Of a stretch of DNA of 64,000 nt, positions 55,009 to 64,000 are shown one piece after another. The notes under the pieces were generated by a model. The model saw only the letters and a program-made list of their open reading frames with translations, ran no database searches and was not told the origin of the DNA. Position 1 is the stretch's first letter, and each line of letters opens with the position of its first letter. The stretch comes from an uncultured Treponema sp. (GTDB lineage: Bacteria; Spirochaetota; Spirochaetia; Treponematales; Treponemataceae). The translations under genes were made by a program, and so were the position numbers. The DNA is taken from positions 6,541 through 70,540 of the forward strand of contig CALEFI010000003.1 of assembly GCA_937876905.1 (NCBI GenBank). Reading direction: 5' to 3'.

Positions 55009-55773
55009 CTAGACAATGGTCCAGCCACCATCCACCAGCAGCAGCTGGCCGGTAACATAGCTTGACGCATCGGAGACGAGGTAGATGAGGGCTCCGTTCA
55101 ATTCTCCGGGATTGCCTCGGCGTCCCATGGGGCAGTTGTTGGTGATGTTATCGTCGTACCGTTGGTCAGTCACCTTGTCCGCCATCTCGCTCTTGAAATA
55201 GCCGGGGCCCAAGGTGTTCACGGTAATTCCTGACTTTGCCCACTCAGCCGCCAGTGCCTTTGTCATCATATATACCGCACCCTTTGCGGTAGAATAGCCG
55301 CTCCGGGGAAAGCCGTTCATGGTCACCTGACAATGGAAGGAGCCGATGTTTACAATCTTGCCGTAGTTCTGGGCGAGCATAACCCGCCCCACCTCACGAG
55401 CCACATAGAACACACCGTTGACATTGGTTCGCATCACGTTTTCCCACAGCTCATCGGTGGTGTCCACCACTGGAGTGGCAAAGCCGGCGGCAGCATTGTT
55501 CACCAGAATGTCAATCCGTCCGAACTCCTTGTGCACGGTCTCCACGGCCTCCTTTATGTTGGCGGTGTTGGTTACATCGCAGGGAACCACCAGGCATTTT
55601 ACCCCGTAGGATTCCACCTCCCTTTTGACCTCCTCCAGCTTTTCCACCCGGCGGGCCATCACCGCAACATTTGCCCCCTGTTCAGCCAGGCAGAGGGCGA
55701 ACTGCCGCCCAAGTCCAGACGAGGCCCCGGTTACAATGGCATATTTTCCTGCAATGTCAAAATAATTCTTCAT
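55009..55773 (-). CDS. Short-chain dehydrogenase/reductase (gluconate-5-DH / KduD-like)
   Basis: TGASSGLG, NNAA, YSTAKGAV (YxxxK). Confidence 0.85.
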   Translation of the reverse strand: MKNYFDIAGKYAIVTGASSGLGRQFALCLAEQGANVAVMARRVEKLEEVKREVESYGVKCLVVPCDVTNTANIKEAVETVHKEFGRIDILVNNAAAGFATPVVDTTDELWENVMRTNVNGVFYVAREVGRVMLAQNYGKIVNIGSFHCQVTMNGFPRSGYSTAKGAVYMMTKALAAEWAKSGITVNTLGPGYFKSEMADKVTDQRYDDNITNNCPMGRRGNPGELNGALIYLVSDASSYVTGQLLLVDGGWTIV

Positions 55774-56047
55774 GTCGTGTTCCTCCTTGCTTGCCCTGGC
55801 CAGTCATGCCGGCGGACAAGTAGCTTAAAATAGCACCATTGAAGCGCCGCTGTCAATACTCGTCCTTGCAGACGAGGAGCTGGTCAAAGGACATTTCCTG
55901 TCGCTTTCCCGTAGCGACTCTGTTGATTTTCTGATTTCCTTGTGATAGCATGGCCTCGTTTCATTCTGGAGAAGCCAAAGGACTTGCATTGCCCGCCGGT
56001 TTCCCCAGGCATCTCTCAATCGCATGATTAAGGAGGATTGCTGCATC

Positions 56048-57337
56048 ATGCAAAAAAACATCTTCAGAATGGATGGCCGGTTCTACTATGGATGGGTCAT
56101 CCTCTTTGTGGGATTTATGTCCATGTTCATCTGCTACGTGGTCAAGGTCAATCTGACCTCCCTGTTCTACACGCCGATTTGCAATGACTTGGGAATCACC
56201 CGAACGGCCTTCACCCAGACGAACACGATAATGACCATCACCATGCTGATTAGCTCGGCCTTCATCGGGAAAATCTACAAGAAGTATCCAGTCAAATACG
56301 TCCTGACTGGCTGCGTTGTCCTTACCAGCCTGTGCTATGTGCTGATGTCCCGTGCCACGTCCTTGTGGCAGCTGTACCTCCTGAGCGCTGTTCAGGGCTT
56401 TGGCTGGGGTGGGGCCACCAATCTGCCAGTGACCATTATGGTAAGCAACTGGTTCGGGCCAAAAATCAAGGGAACGGCCATGTCCATCGGAATGCTGGGT
56501 AGCGGAGCGGGAGCGCTGGTCTTGGTTCCCATCGCAAACAACATCATCGCAAGCTACGGATGGCGGGCGGGCTACCTTGCCCTGGCGGGCATCAACGCCA
56601 TAATGATTCCGCTGGCCCTGGCTCTGGTGATAAGTATGCCAGCCGACAAGGGCTTTGAGACCCGTGTGGGAGACCCCTCTCCCGATGAGGTAAAGGCTGC
56701 CGGCGGCGTGTCCACCCAGAAGACGGGCATAACGGGAAAGGAGGCGCTGAAGACCGCCCGCTGGTGGTTCCAGTGGTTTGCCGGACTCACCACCATGATC
56801 GGAGCATCCGCCTTTTCCACCCAATGTGTGGCCTACTTCACCGACATTACCGGCAACAGCACTCAGGCAGCGGGCATCTACGCCGGAGCCTTGGGAACCC
56901 TGATTTTGGGAAAATTCCTGCTTGGCATCTTCTCCGACATCTTCCACATCAAGCGGACAGCCGTGATAGCGCCAATGTTCTATGCTGCGATGTTCATCGC
57001 CATGATGCTTGCCGCCAAGGACATGCGCTTTGCCACCGTCATGCTGCCACTCTACATGATTGGCGGCGCCGTCCCCTCGGTCATTCCATTTCTGATTACT
57101 GCCAGGAATTTCGGAGACAAGGAATACGGTGTTATGAGTGGATGGATGAACATGGCGGGAAACATCGGCCAGATTATCGGCCCCACTGCCGCCGCCTTTA
57201 TCTTTGACATCACCGGAACCTACCGACTGGCCTGGATTATCTTCGCCGTACTGATGGTGGTGGTGGGTATCCTCTACATGCTTTCCAGCATGACCAGCAA
57301 GAAAAAGATTGAGGAGTTGGGATACAAGCCCCAGTAA
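56048..57337 (+). CDS. MFS transporter (oxalate/formate antiporter-like)
   Basis: Twelve-TM profile with N-terminus YYGWVILFVGFMSMF. The long opposite-strand ORF 55961-57412 is a GC-rich antisense artefact. Confidence 0.8.
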   Translation: MQKNIFRMDGRFYYGWVILFVGFMSMFICYVVKVNLTSLFYTPICNDLGITRTAFTQTNTIMTITMLISSAFIGKIYKKYPVKYVLTGCVVLTSLCYVLMSRATSLWQLYLLSAVQGFGWGGATNLPVTIMVSNWFGPKIKGTAMSIGMLGSGAGALVLVPIANNIIASYGWRAGYLALAGINAIMIPLALALVISMPADKGFETRVGDPSPDEVKAAGGVSTQKTGITGKEALKTARWWFQWFAGLTTMIGASAFSTQCVAYFTDITGNSTQAAGIYAGALGTLILGKFLLGIFSDIFHIKRTAVIAPMFYAAMFIAMMLAAKDMRFATVMLPLYMIGGAVPSVIPFLITARNFGDKEYGVMSGWMNMAGNIGQIIGPTAAAFIFDITGTYRLAWIIFAVLMVVVGILYMLSSMTSKKKIEELGYKPQ

Positions 57338-57562
57338 ACAGCCCCACATTGCAGGGTGCGGAGTAGCTCCGCTCCCTGGTGACGGCCAATGCCCAGTCGT
57401 TCCAGTCAACACTGCTGGGCAACGGCCTAGCCGGAATGGGCTTACTTGCCCCTTCCGGCTTCAACCTGAACTATTTCCTGTCATAGAAAAACCATATTTT
57501 CCTCCGAGTAGCTGGAGGAATCATCGCTGGCTTCAGTTATAGCTCAAGTTTTGTATTGTATC

Positions 57563-58462
57563 TCACTCCACCCACACCGCCGCCCCGCCGTGGACGGGAT
57601 GGGTGAACACCTGGAAGCTGCGGTTGTACACCAGCCGGAGGTTTTCCTCCGTCATCACTTCCGCCGGGCTGCCCAGGATAAGCTGGGGGGAGATGCCTGG
57701 GGCGGCGAGGCCTGCTGACGGAGTGGCAAGGGGGCGCAGCAGGGCAAGTTCTTTGGCAAAGGCGGCGGCCAGGTTGATGTCGTGGATGGACAGGAGGACG
57801 GCGGTTCCTTGCTGGCGGGCCAGTTCCTTTGTGGCGTGCAACAGGTCGTGGCGGAGTCCCAAGTCAAGGTTGGCGGCAGGCTCATCCAGCAGCAGGATGT
57901 TTGGCTGCTGGCAAAGGGAACGGGCGATGCGCACCCGCTGGAATTCGCCGCCAGAAAGCTGGTGGACTTTCCGGTGCAAGAGGCTGGTAAGCTGGAGCTG
58001 CGCCGCCACCACCTCCGCCTGCTCATAATCCTCCTTTGAGTACATGCCGGTGAGTCCAGTGTGGCAGTAGCGGCCGGTGAGAATCACCTCCCGCACAGTG
58101 AAATTCCACAGGCTGGATTCCGTCTGGCTCATGTAGGCCAGTCTTTTTGCCCGCTCCTTTGGTTTCATTCTGTGCAAGTCCTGTCCCTCCAGAGTGATTG
58201 TGCCAGTGAAGGTCAGTCCATGACGGCCAAGTCCGGCCAGCAGGGCCATGAGTGTAGACTTTCCGCAGCCATTAGGGCCGCTGAGGCAGATAAAGTCTCC
58301 CGCCTTCAAGGTGAGGCCGATTTCACTCAGGATGTGCCGTCTGCCGTACCAGGCGGAAACTCCCGCAACCTCCAGCAGCGGGTGGCTTGCGTTGCTGTAC
58401 TGGCCGTCAGGCTTGGTCTGGCCTTCCGGGACTTGCGGCGGACAATGCATTTTGTCAATCAT
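57563..58462 (-). CDS. ABC transporter ATP-binding protein (iron-chelate/cobalamin FecE/BtuD type)
   Basis: GPNGCGKSTLM, LSGGEFQRV, LLLDEPAANLD. The start overlaps the permease stop. Confidence 0.85.
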   Translation of the reverse strand: MIDKMHCPPQVPEGQTKPDGQYSNASHPLLEVAGVSAWYGRRHILSEIGLTLKAGDFICLSGPNGCGKSTLMALLAGLGRHGLTFTGTITLEGQDLHRMKPKERAKRLAYMSQTESSLWNFTVREVILTGRYCHTGLTGMYSKEDYEQAEVVAAQLQLTSLLHRKVHQLSGGEFQRVRIARSLCQQPNILLLDEPAANLDLGLRHDLLHATKELARQQGTAVLLSIHDINLAAAFAKELALLRPLATPSAGLAAPGISPQLILGSPAEVMTEENLRLVYNRSFQVFTHPVHGGAAVWVE

Positions 58463-59483
58463 AGTCTTCCCCTCTCCCCGCAAACAGAAGGGAGACAAAG
58501 AAGGGTGCCCCCGCCAAGGAAGTGACCAGCCCCACGGGAATTTCGGCGGGGGAGATGGCGGTACGGGCAATCAGGTCGCAGAGAATCAGGAAGCTGGCTC
58601 CAAAGAGGACGCTGGCCGGAATCAGGATGGAGTGGCGGGGGCTGTGGAGACGGCGCAGAAGGTGAGGCACAATCAGCCCCACAAAGCCGATGGTTCCCCC
58701 GGTGCAGACGGCGGCGGCGGCGGCCAGGGAGCCTGCGCCCAACACCAGGACCTTTGTGGCCGCCAGGTTCAGTCCCAAGGCCTGGGCCGAGGTTTCCCCG
58801 CCACCAAGCAGGTCCAAGCTTCGGGGGCAGAGGCACAGCAGGCAGAGGGCAAGGATGCCCGCCGGCAGAATAAAGTGCAGCTCCTGCCAGCCCTTGCCGT
58901 TGAAGCTGCCCAGAATCCATACGAACATCTTGTACAACTCCCGATCCTTTGTCAGCACCAGCAGGGAGGTGAGGGCAGAAAAGAAGGCGGAGGCGGCAGT
59001 GCCGGTGAGGAGGAGGATGGTGCCACCGCTGTACCTTCCGTGGAAGCGGGAAGCACCAAAGACGATGAGAACCGCCACCAGTGCTCCGGCAAAGGCAAAG
59101 ACCGGGATGACAAAGCTGCCGAAAATCCGGCTGGCATTGAAAAATTGCACTGGCAACAGGGCGGATGCCACCGCACCCAGGGCGGCCCCGGAGGAAATCC
59201 CCATGATGCCTGAGTCCGCCAGAGGGTTACGGAAGAATCCCTGGAAGACGGCCCCCGCTCCTGCCAAAAGACCGCCGCAGAGTGCCGCCAGCAGCACCCG
59301 TGGCAGCCGAATCTCCCGGATGATGGTGGCGGCAAAGCTGGAGTCTGCGTCAGCCTGTCCTTTCCCGAACAAGGCAGCCACCACTTCCTTGGCGGAGAAG
59401 GATTCCGTGCCCAAGGCCACCCCAAGGACAAGGCTTGCCAGCAACAGGCAGGCTCCCAGTCCGAAGGCAAGGAGATTCCTCAC
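58455..59483 (-). CDS. FecCD-family ABC permease
   Basis: IREIRLPRVLLA, GGTIGFVGLIVPH and the hydrophobic profile. Confidence 0.85.
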   Translation of the reverse strand: MRNLLAFGLGACLLLASLVLGVALGTESFSAKEVVAALFGKGQADADSSFAATIIREIRLPRVLLAALCGGLLAGAGAVFQGFFRNPLADSGIMGISSGAALGAVASALLPVQFFNASRIFGSFVIPVFAFAGALVAVLIVFGASRFHGRYSGGTILLLTGTAASAFFSALTSLLVLTKDRELYKMFVWILGSFNGKGWQELHFILPAGILALCLLCLCPRSLDLLGGGETSAQALGLNLAATKVLVLGAGSLAAAAAVCTGGTIGFVGLIVPHLLRRLHSPRHSILIPASVLFGASFLILCDLIARTAISPAEIPVGLVTSLAGAPFFVSLLFAGRGEDYD

Positions 59484-60403
59484 TCCGCCTCCCCAAGAAT
59501 CAGACGGGCCAGCTCCAGCGCCATCAGCCCGACTCTGGGACCGGGACGGGAGAACAGGTCGCTGTCAACAGGAAAGATTCTTCTATTAATTACAGCAGGA
59601 AGATTTTGCCAGCCAGCCCTGCGTGCAATGGCCTGCACCCCCAAGTCACCCTGAAAATGGTAGTCCGGGAAAAAAATCACGTCGGGCTGGCGGGCGATGA
59701 TGCTCTCCTCGCTGACCTGGGGATAGGCTTGGGGAACCTGGCCGAAGATGTTCTCCCCACCGATGATAGCCAGCAGGTCGGTGATGAAGGAGTCCTTTCC
59801 CGGAGAAAAATAGGGTGCTGCCGCCACCTCCCAGTAGACTGATTTTGGGGTTCGGGCCACAACCGAAGTTCCCGTCAGTTTCCTGGCTTCCTCCAGCTGT
59901 CGGGAAATGGTGTCCAGCAGCAGCATGGTCTCGTCCATCTTGCCGGTGAGGGAACCCAAGATCATAATCTCATCCTGGATGCTCTGAACTGACTCGGCCC
60001 TGGAGACAAAGACCTCTATGCCCAGCGATTCCAGCGGCTGGACGAGGTGGTCGTGCATCACTTCGGCTAGGCACACCAAGTCAGGCTGGAAGGAAAGAAT
60101 CCGCTCCAGGCTGATGGTCTTGCCGTCAAAGCCTCCAACGGAAGGAATTGACGTGGCTTCCGGCGGCCAGGTGCAGAAGTCGGTTCGGGCCACAAGCATG
60201 TCCTGTGACTGGAGGGCAAAGAGGGTTTCGGTAACGGAGGGAACCAGGGAGATGATGCGGGCGGGAGGCTGGTCTTTCTGGCGGGCCGACACCTTCCCTG
60301 CTCCGGAAAAGCTCCCCCTTGGCGATGCGTCTCCCCGTCCAAAGGAAAACAGCGGCAGGGCAAGGAAAAAGACTACGAGGGAAAAAATCATCAGTCGTTT
60401 CAT
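59480..60403 (-). CDS. Periplasmic binding protein, class III (BtuF / iron-siderophore type)
   Basis: Signal peptide MKRLMIFSLVVFFLALPLFSF. RIISLVPSVTETLFAL. The start was moved to Met 60403. Confidence 0.8.
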   Translation of the reverse strand: MKRLMIFSLVVFFLALPLFSFGRGDASPRGSFSGAGKVSARQKDQPPARIISLVPSVTETLFALQSQDMLVARTDFCTWPPEATSIPSVGGFDGKTISLERILSFQPDLVCLAEVMHDHLVQPLESLGIEVFVSRAESVQSIQDEIMILGSLTGKMDETMLLLDTISRQLEEARKLTGTSVVARTPKSVYWEVAAAPYFSPGKDSFITDLLAIIGGENIFGQVPQAYPQVSEESIIARQPDVIFFPDYHFQGDLGVQAIARRAGWQNLPAVINRRIFPVDSDLFSRPGPRVGLMALELARLILGEAE

Positions 60404-60574
60404 GGGAGGGATTCTAGCATATTTTTCTGTCCATTGCATCAACCACAAAACTGACACAATATGCACCGAATCCAGAATATCCTGTAGGAAACCATAAGGC
60501 CACAGTTTTTGGGTCTGCCCTAGGATATATTCTGGACAATTATCAGGACTTGATTGATAATGCATACAAGAAGC

Positions 60575-61071
60575 TTGCGGATTTCCCGAATTGCTGGAGG
60601 AAACGAGACGGCAGGCGTATATCAATCCTTGTAAACAATATCTTGCAAAATGACATTGAGAATCGGTACTCCATCAAATACAAGGCGGCATTCGAGCAGC
60701 TTGCCCAGCATCTTTTGAACACTGCTCCTGCAACAAAAAGCAAAATCAGAATTCGAGGGAAAAGGTCTACGCTGTTGATGCCGCCCTGATGAAAACCGGC
60801 AAAATGCATGTGCCGGAGCGAATCTTGGCTGGCGGCTTGAGACAATCGTTTACATTGACCTGCTTCGCCGCTCAGAAACCAAGGCTACGATGTCTACTAT
60901 TACGGCGAAACTTCCGGGGAATGCGACTTTGTCCTGTACCAAGGAAAAACTGTCTGTCAGCTGATACAGGTGAGCTATGACAAGGTTGCAATCGTAAGGG
61001 ACAACCACCGCATTTCCGTGGTGAGCGCCTATAGCTGGCTGATGAACCAGCAGGAAGTCCACGGGGGGTGA
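60575..61071 (+). pseudogene. Degenerate 3' remnant of an AAA_14/DUF4143-family ATPase gene (several frameshifts, N-terminal ATPase part missing)
   Basis: Pieces occur in different frames: GFPELLEETRRQAYIN; NNILQNDIENRYSIKYKAAFEQLAQHLL; EKVYAVDAALM; VYIDLLRR; GYDVYYYGETSGECDFVLYQGKTVCQLIQV...*. They follow the order typical of DUF4143 proteins. Confidence 0.5.
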
Positions 61072-61088
61072 GGAGATCCCCGCCCGCA

Positions 61089-62150
61089 TCAATCTGCCAG
61101 CTGGTAGCGGCTGACAACCACGGAAAGCTGGTTTGCAAGGCCGCTGGTGGCGTACACTCCCCTGTCCTCCCCGATGATGACACCCTCTGCCGCTTCCGAT
61201 TCCAGAAGCCGCAGTCCCCGCTCCCGTCCCAGAATGAATACGGAGGTGGAAAGGGCGTCTGCTAAAAGGGAGCTGGTGCTGACGATGGTGACGGACTGGA
61301 TGTCGTTTTGGATGGGATAGCCCGTGGCGGGATTTAGGATGTGGTGATAGCGGATGCCCTCCTGCTCAAAGAAGCGCTCGTACATGCCGGAGGTCACGAC
61401 GCTCCTGTTCCAGACTGACAGGGCTAGGGCGGGGCTGCCCGTTGGATTTGCCGGGTCCTTTACGCCCACCCGCCAGCTGGAGCCGTCGGCCTTTGTCCCG
61501 TAGGCATAGATGTTGCCCCCCAAGTCAATGAGCGCCCGCTCCAGCCCGGACTCCTGGGCTATGGCCACCAGCTGGTCTGCGGCGTAGCCCTTGGCAATGC
61601 CGCCCAAGTCTAGGGCCATACCCTGCCTAGGAAGGTATACGGTGCTGGCAGCCGGGTCAATTTCCACCAGCCGCCAGTCCACCAGGGAGCGGGCGTGGTC
61701 AATTTCCTCCGGGGAGGGAACCCGGCTGTTGTCGCCGCCAATGTCCCATAGTCTCACCAAGGGACCGACGGTAGGGTCAAAGGCTCCACCAGTTCGCTCG
61801 GCAATCCGCAGTGCTTCCTGCAGCACCAGAACCAGCTCTTCCGGCACCACTACAGCGGCAATTCCTGCTGCCTGGTTTACCTGAGACAGCGTGCTGGCGG
61901 CTAGCTTGGTGCTGAACACCTGTTCTATTTCCTTGAGTCGCTGGAACATCTGGATGTATAGCTCCGTGGTTCCTGCCTCAAAGAGGTTGATGGTACAGAC
62001 CGTGCCCAGCTGAAGCTGGGACTGGGGGGGCAGGCTCCTTTTCTGACAGCCAGAAATGGACAGGAGGAGTATTAGAATTACTACCAGAGTTCGGACGGGA
62101 AAACGCTCTTGCAGCATGGGAATGGGGATTTTCTTCGGTTTCATAGTCAT
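61089..62150 (-). CDS. apbE: FAD:protein FMN transferase (ApbE) lipoprotein
   Basis: Lipobox LLLSISGC, DLGGIAKGYA, HHILNPATG. Confidence 0.85.
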   Translation of the reverse strand: MTMKPKKIPIPMLQERFPVRTLVVILILLLSISGCQKRSLPPQSQLQLGTVCTINLFEAGTTELYIQMFQRLKEIEQVFSTKLAASTLSQVNQAAGIAAVVVPEELVLVLQEALRIAERTGGAFDPTVGPLVRLWDIGGDNSRVPSPEEIDHARSLVDWRLVEIDPAASTVYLPRQGMALDLGGIAKGYAADQLVAIAQESGLERALIDLGGNIYAYGTKADGSSWRVGVKDPANPTGSPALALSVWNRSVVTSGMYERFFEQEGIRYHHILNPATGYPIQNDIQSVTIVSTSSLLADALSTSVFILGRERGLRLLESEAAEGVIIGEDRGVYATSGLANQLSVVVSRYQLAD

Positions 62151-62218
62151 TTAAATATAACGGAAATTTGCTTTTTATGATAGAATGCGCAAGACTTTGC
62201 AGAGAACAAGGAGACAAC

Positions 62219-62818
62219 ATGAAACTACATCATCCAGCAGAACAAATTCTTGATGCAAACCTCGCACTCCAGATGCTGCGGGAGGGAAACCAGCGCTTTG
62301 TGCAGGGGGAGCTGTGCGACAAGTCAACCTACACGGTGGACCGGGAGACGCTGACTGCGGGACAAAAGCCCTTTGCCGTAGTAATTTGCTGCTCGGACAG
62401 TCGGGTGGTGCCGGAAATCTTCTTTGACCAGCGGCTGGGAGACCTCTTTGTCATCCGCAACGCTGGCAACGTGGTGGACGGCGTGGTGCTGGCCAGCGTA
62501 GAGTATGCGCTGGAGGGGTTGAACTGCCCGCTGGTGGTGGTGTGTGGTCATAGCCATTGCGGGGCTGTTACGGCAATCTGCAAGGGTGGCCATGACCTGC
62601 CCCATCTCCAGAGCCTGATACGGAGAATCAACCCCGCAGTGCAAGCAGGTGGCAATGTGGAAATGGTGGCACAGGAGAATGTGCGCAATATGGTGGCCCA
62701 GCTCAAGCAGGATGTGGAGGAGATGGGAGTCAAGGCCACTGTGGTGGGAGCCTACTACGACATCTTTTCCGGGGAGGTGATTTGGCTGGACTCCTGGATT
62801 GCAAGGGGCTATCGCTGA
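62219..62818 (+). CDS. Beta-class carbonic anhydrase
   Basis: CCSDSRV and GHSHCGAV zinc-ligand motifs. RBS AAGGAG before ATG 62219. Confidence 0.85.
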   Translation: MKLHHPAEQILDANLALQMLREGNQRFVQGELCDKSTYTVDRETLTAGQKPFAVVICCSDSRVVPEIFFDQRLGDLFVIRNAGNVVDGVVLASVEYALEGLNCPLVVVCGHSHCGAVTAICKGGHDLPHLQSLIRRINPAVQAGGNVEMVAQENVRNMVAQLKQDVEEMGVKATVVGAYYDIFSGEVIWLDSWIARGYR

Positions 62819-62853
62819 GAAGAAAGCTCCGGGAAAGCGGACAGGTCTTGGCC

Positions 62854-64000
62854 TCACCGTAGCACTCCAATCAAGTCCTGTCTGCCAGCCTTTTCCAGTG
62901 CCTCCCGCACCAGGCGGCGGTTTTCCGGCCTGTTGAACTGGAGCAGGGCCCGCTGGAGCCGCCGCTCGTGGCCTCCCCGTGGCACGTAGACCTCCTCCAT
63001 GGTGCGGGGATCAAGGCCGGTGTAGTACATGCAGGTGGCGAGGCTTCCCGGCGTGGGGTAGAAGTCCTGCACCTGGTCCGGCACAAAGCCGTTCTTCTTC
63101 AGGTGGAGTGCTACCTCTATGGCGGCGTTGAGGTCGGCACCGGGGTGGCCGGCGATGAAGTAGGGAACCAGATACTGCTTTTTGCCCAGCTCCTGGTTGA
63201 TGTGCTTGTATTCTGCCTCGAAATCCTTGTACACCTGGTGGCTGCTCTTCCGCATAAGGGACAGAACGTGGTTGTTCACGTGCTCTGGGGCAACCTTCAG
63301 CTGGCCGGAGATATGGTGCTGGCACAGTTCACGGAAAAAGGTCCTGTTCTTTTCCAGCATCAGGTAGTCGAACCGGATGCCGCTGCGAACAAAGACCTTC
63401 TTTATGCCGGGAAGCTTCCGCAGCCGTCGCAGGAGGGTCAGGTAGTCGCTGTTGTCCACCTCAAGATGGGGACAGGGCTCGGTACCGAGGCATTCCCGAT
63501 GGATGCAGGCTCCGGCCTTCGCTTGCTTGGCACAGGCATCCCTGCGGAAGTTGGCGGTGGGGCCGCCGACATCGTGGATGTAGCCCTTGAAATCAGGCTC
63601 TTTGGTGAGAAGGAGAGCCTCCCGCTCCAGGGATTCATGACTGCGTGCTTGGATTCTCTTGCCCTGGTGGAAGGTGATGGCGCAGAAGGAGCAGGCCCCA
63701 AAGCAGCCCCGATTGCTGGTGAGGGAAAATTTTACCTCCTCAAGTCCCGGAACGCCAGCTTTTCCGTTTTCTGCGGGGCCGTCGTAGATGGGATGCCAGC
63801 GGCGGGTAAAGGGCTGCTCCATCACCTGGTCAAATTCCTGCTGGCTCAGGGGCAGGGCGGGTGGCTCCTGAACTACGAAGCGGGCCTCGTTCTGTTCTAT
63901 CAGGATGTGGCCGGAAATGGCGTCGGTGTTCTGCTCCTGCAGCAGGTAGGAGCGGGCGAATTCGGCCCGGCCCTCCGCCGAATTGCTGGACACCTGGGCA
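62854..64000 (-). CDS. ygiQ: YgiQ-family (UPF0313) radical SAM protein; N-terminal part lies beyond the window
   Basis: SNRGCFGACSFCAITFHQG radical-SAM Cys triad. The reading frame stays open to the window edge, and Met 63993 in the track is internal. Confidence 0.8.
   Translation of the reverse strand, partial: AQVSSNSAEGRAEFARSYLLQEQNTDAISGHILIEQNEARFVVQEPPALPLSQQEFDQVMEQPFTRRWHPIYDGPAENGKAGVPGLEEVKFSLTSNRGCFGACSFCAITFHQGKRIQARSHESLEREALLLTKEPDFKGYIHDVGGPTANFRRDACAKQAKAGACIHRECLGTEPCPHLEVDNSDYLTLLRRLRKLPGIKKVFVRSGIRFDYLMLEKNRTFFRELCQHHISGQLKVAPEHVNNHVLSLMRKSSHQVYKDFEAEYKHINQELGKKQYLVPYFIAGHPGADLNAAIEVALHLKKNGFVPDQVQDFYPTPGSLATCMYYTGLDPRTMEEVYVPRGGHERRLQRALLQFNRPENRRLVREALEKAGRQDLIGVLR

Noticed and set aside
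60404-60640. Possible cobalamin riboswitch upstream of the BtuF-like binding-protein gene
   Set aside because: I read the minus strand by eye and found no convincing B12 box or the conserved GGUG..AAxUCC..GCCACUG core. Only vague resemblances were present (GGGAAAUCCGC). An Rfam RF00174 scan would be decisive.
1-64000. CRISPR arrays, tRNA/rRNA genes, integrases, transposases and reverse transcriptases
   Set aside because: I saw no regularly spaced direct repeats, no cloverleaf-like conserved tRNA ends, and no recombinase or RT motifs in any ORF. This visual scan cannot exclude small RNAs.

Overview
This is a 64-kb bacterial chromosomal window with a sharp compositional break. Positions 1 to ~9150 are visibly AT-rich and form an accessory defence island. 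The island abuts the 3' end of a GC-rich ABC-F ATPase gene and partly duplicates it. It contains: a truncated classical AAA+ ATPase; a self-contained small basic ORF with a candidate antisense sRNA; a tightly coupled operon of a caspase-like protease plus two different TIR-family proteins (Thoeris-like, with a caspase effector); an Mrr-nuclease/STAND NTPase flanked by relics of an hsdS 3' end; a type I R-M hsdM-hsdS pair with no hsdR in view; and a PIN/RHH toxin-antitoxin cassette. No integrase, transposase, CRISPR array, tRNA or rRNA was seen. From ~9150 to the end the sequence is GC-rich core chromosome of an anaerobe-like, lipoprotein-rich (probably diderm) organism. Core housekeeping and metabolic genes include ABC-F, a divergent MraY paralogue, purH, an aminotransferase, Lrp, eda-kdgK, mnmE, PAP2 and a DUF4015-type hydrolase. 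A redox/oxidative-stress neighbourhood holds a tri-haem quinol-peroxidase-like CCP with system II cytochrome c maturation, fixCX, menA and a polyprenyl synthase. The same neighbourhood has etfBA plus an acyl-CoA dehydrogenase, ahpC, a domain-permuted ahpF, and rex with two Rex boxes. Further on are serA-serC, ogt, a PASTA protein, fmt-def and several tandem lipoprotein paralogues. There is also a WD40/beta-barrel gene split at a C11 tract, transporters, apbE, a beta-carbonic anhydrase and a truncated ygiQ. The strongest candidate for a novel system is the caspase/TIR/TIR locus and its neighbours at 1-5503. All calls come from reading the sequence and ORF translations by eye; no database search was run.
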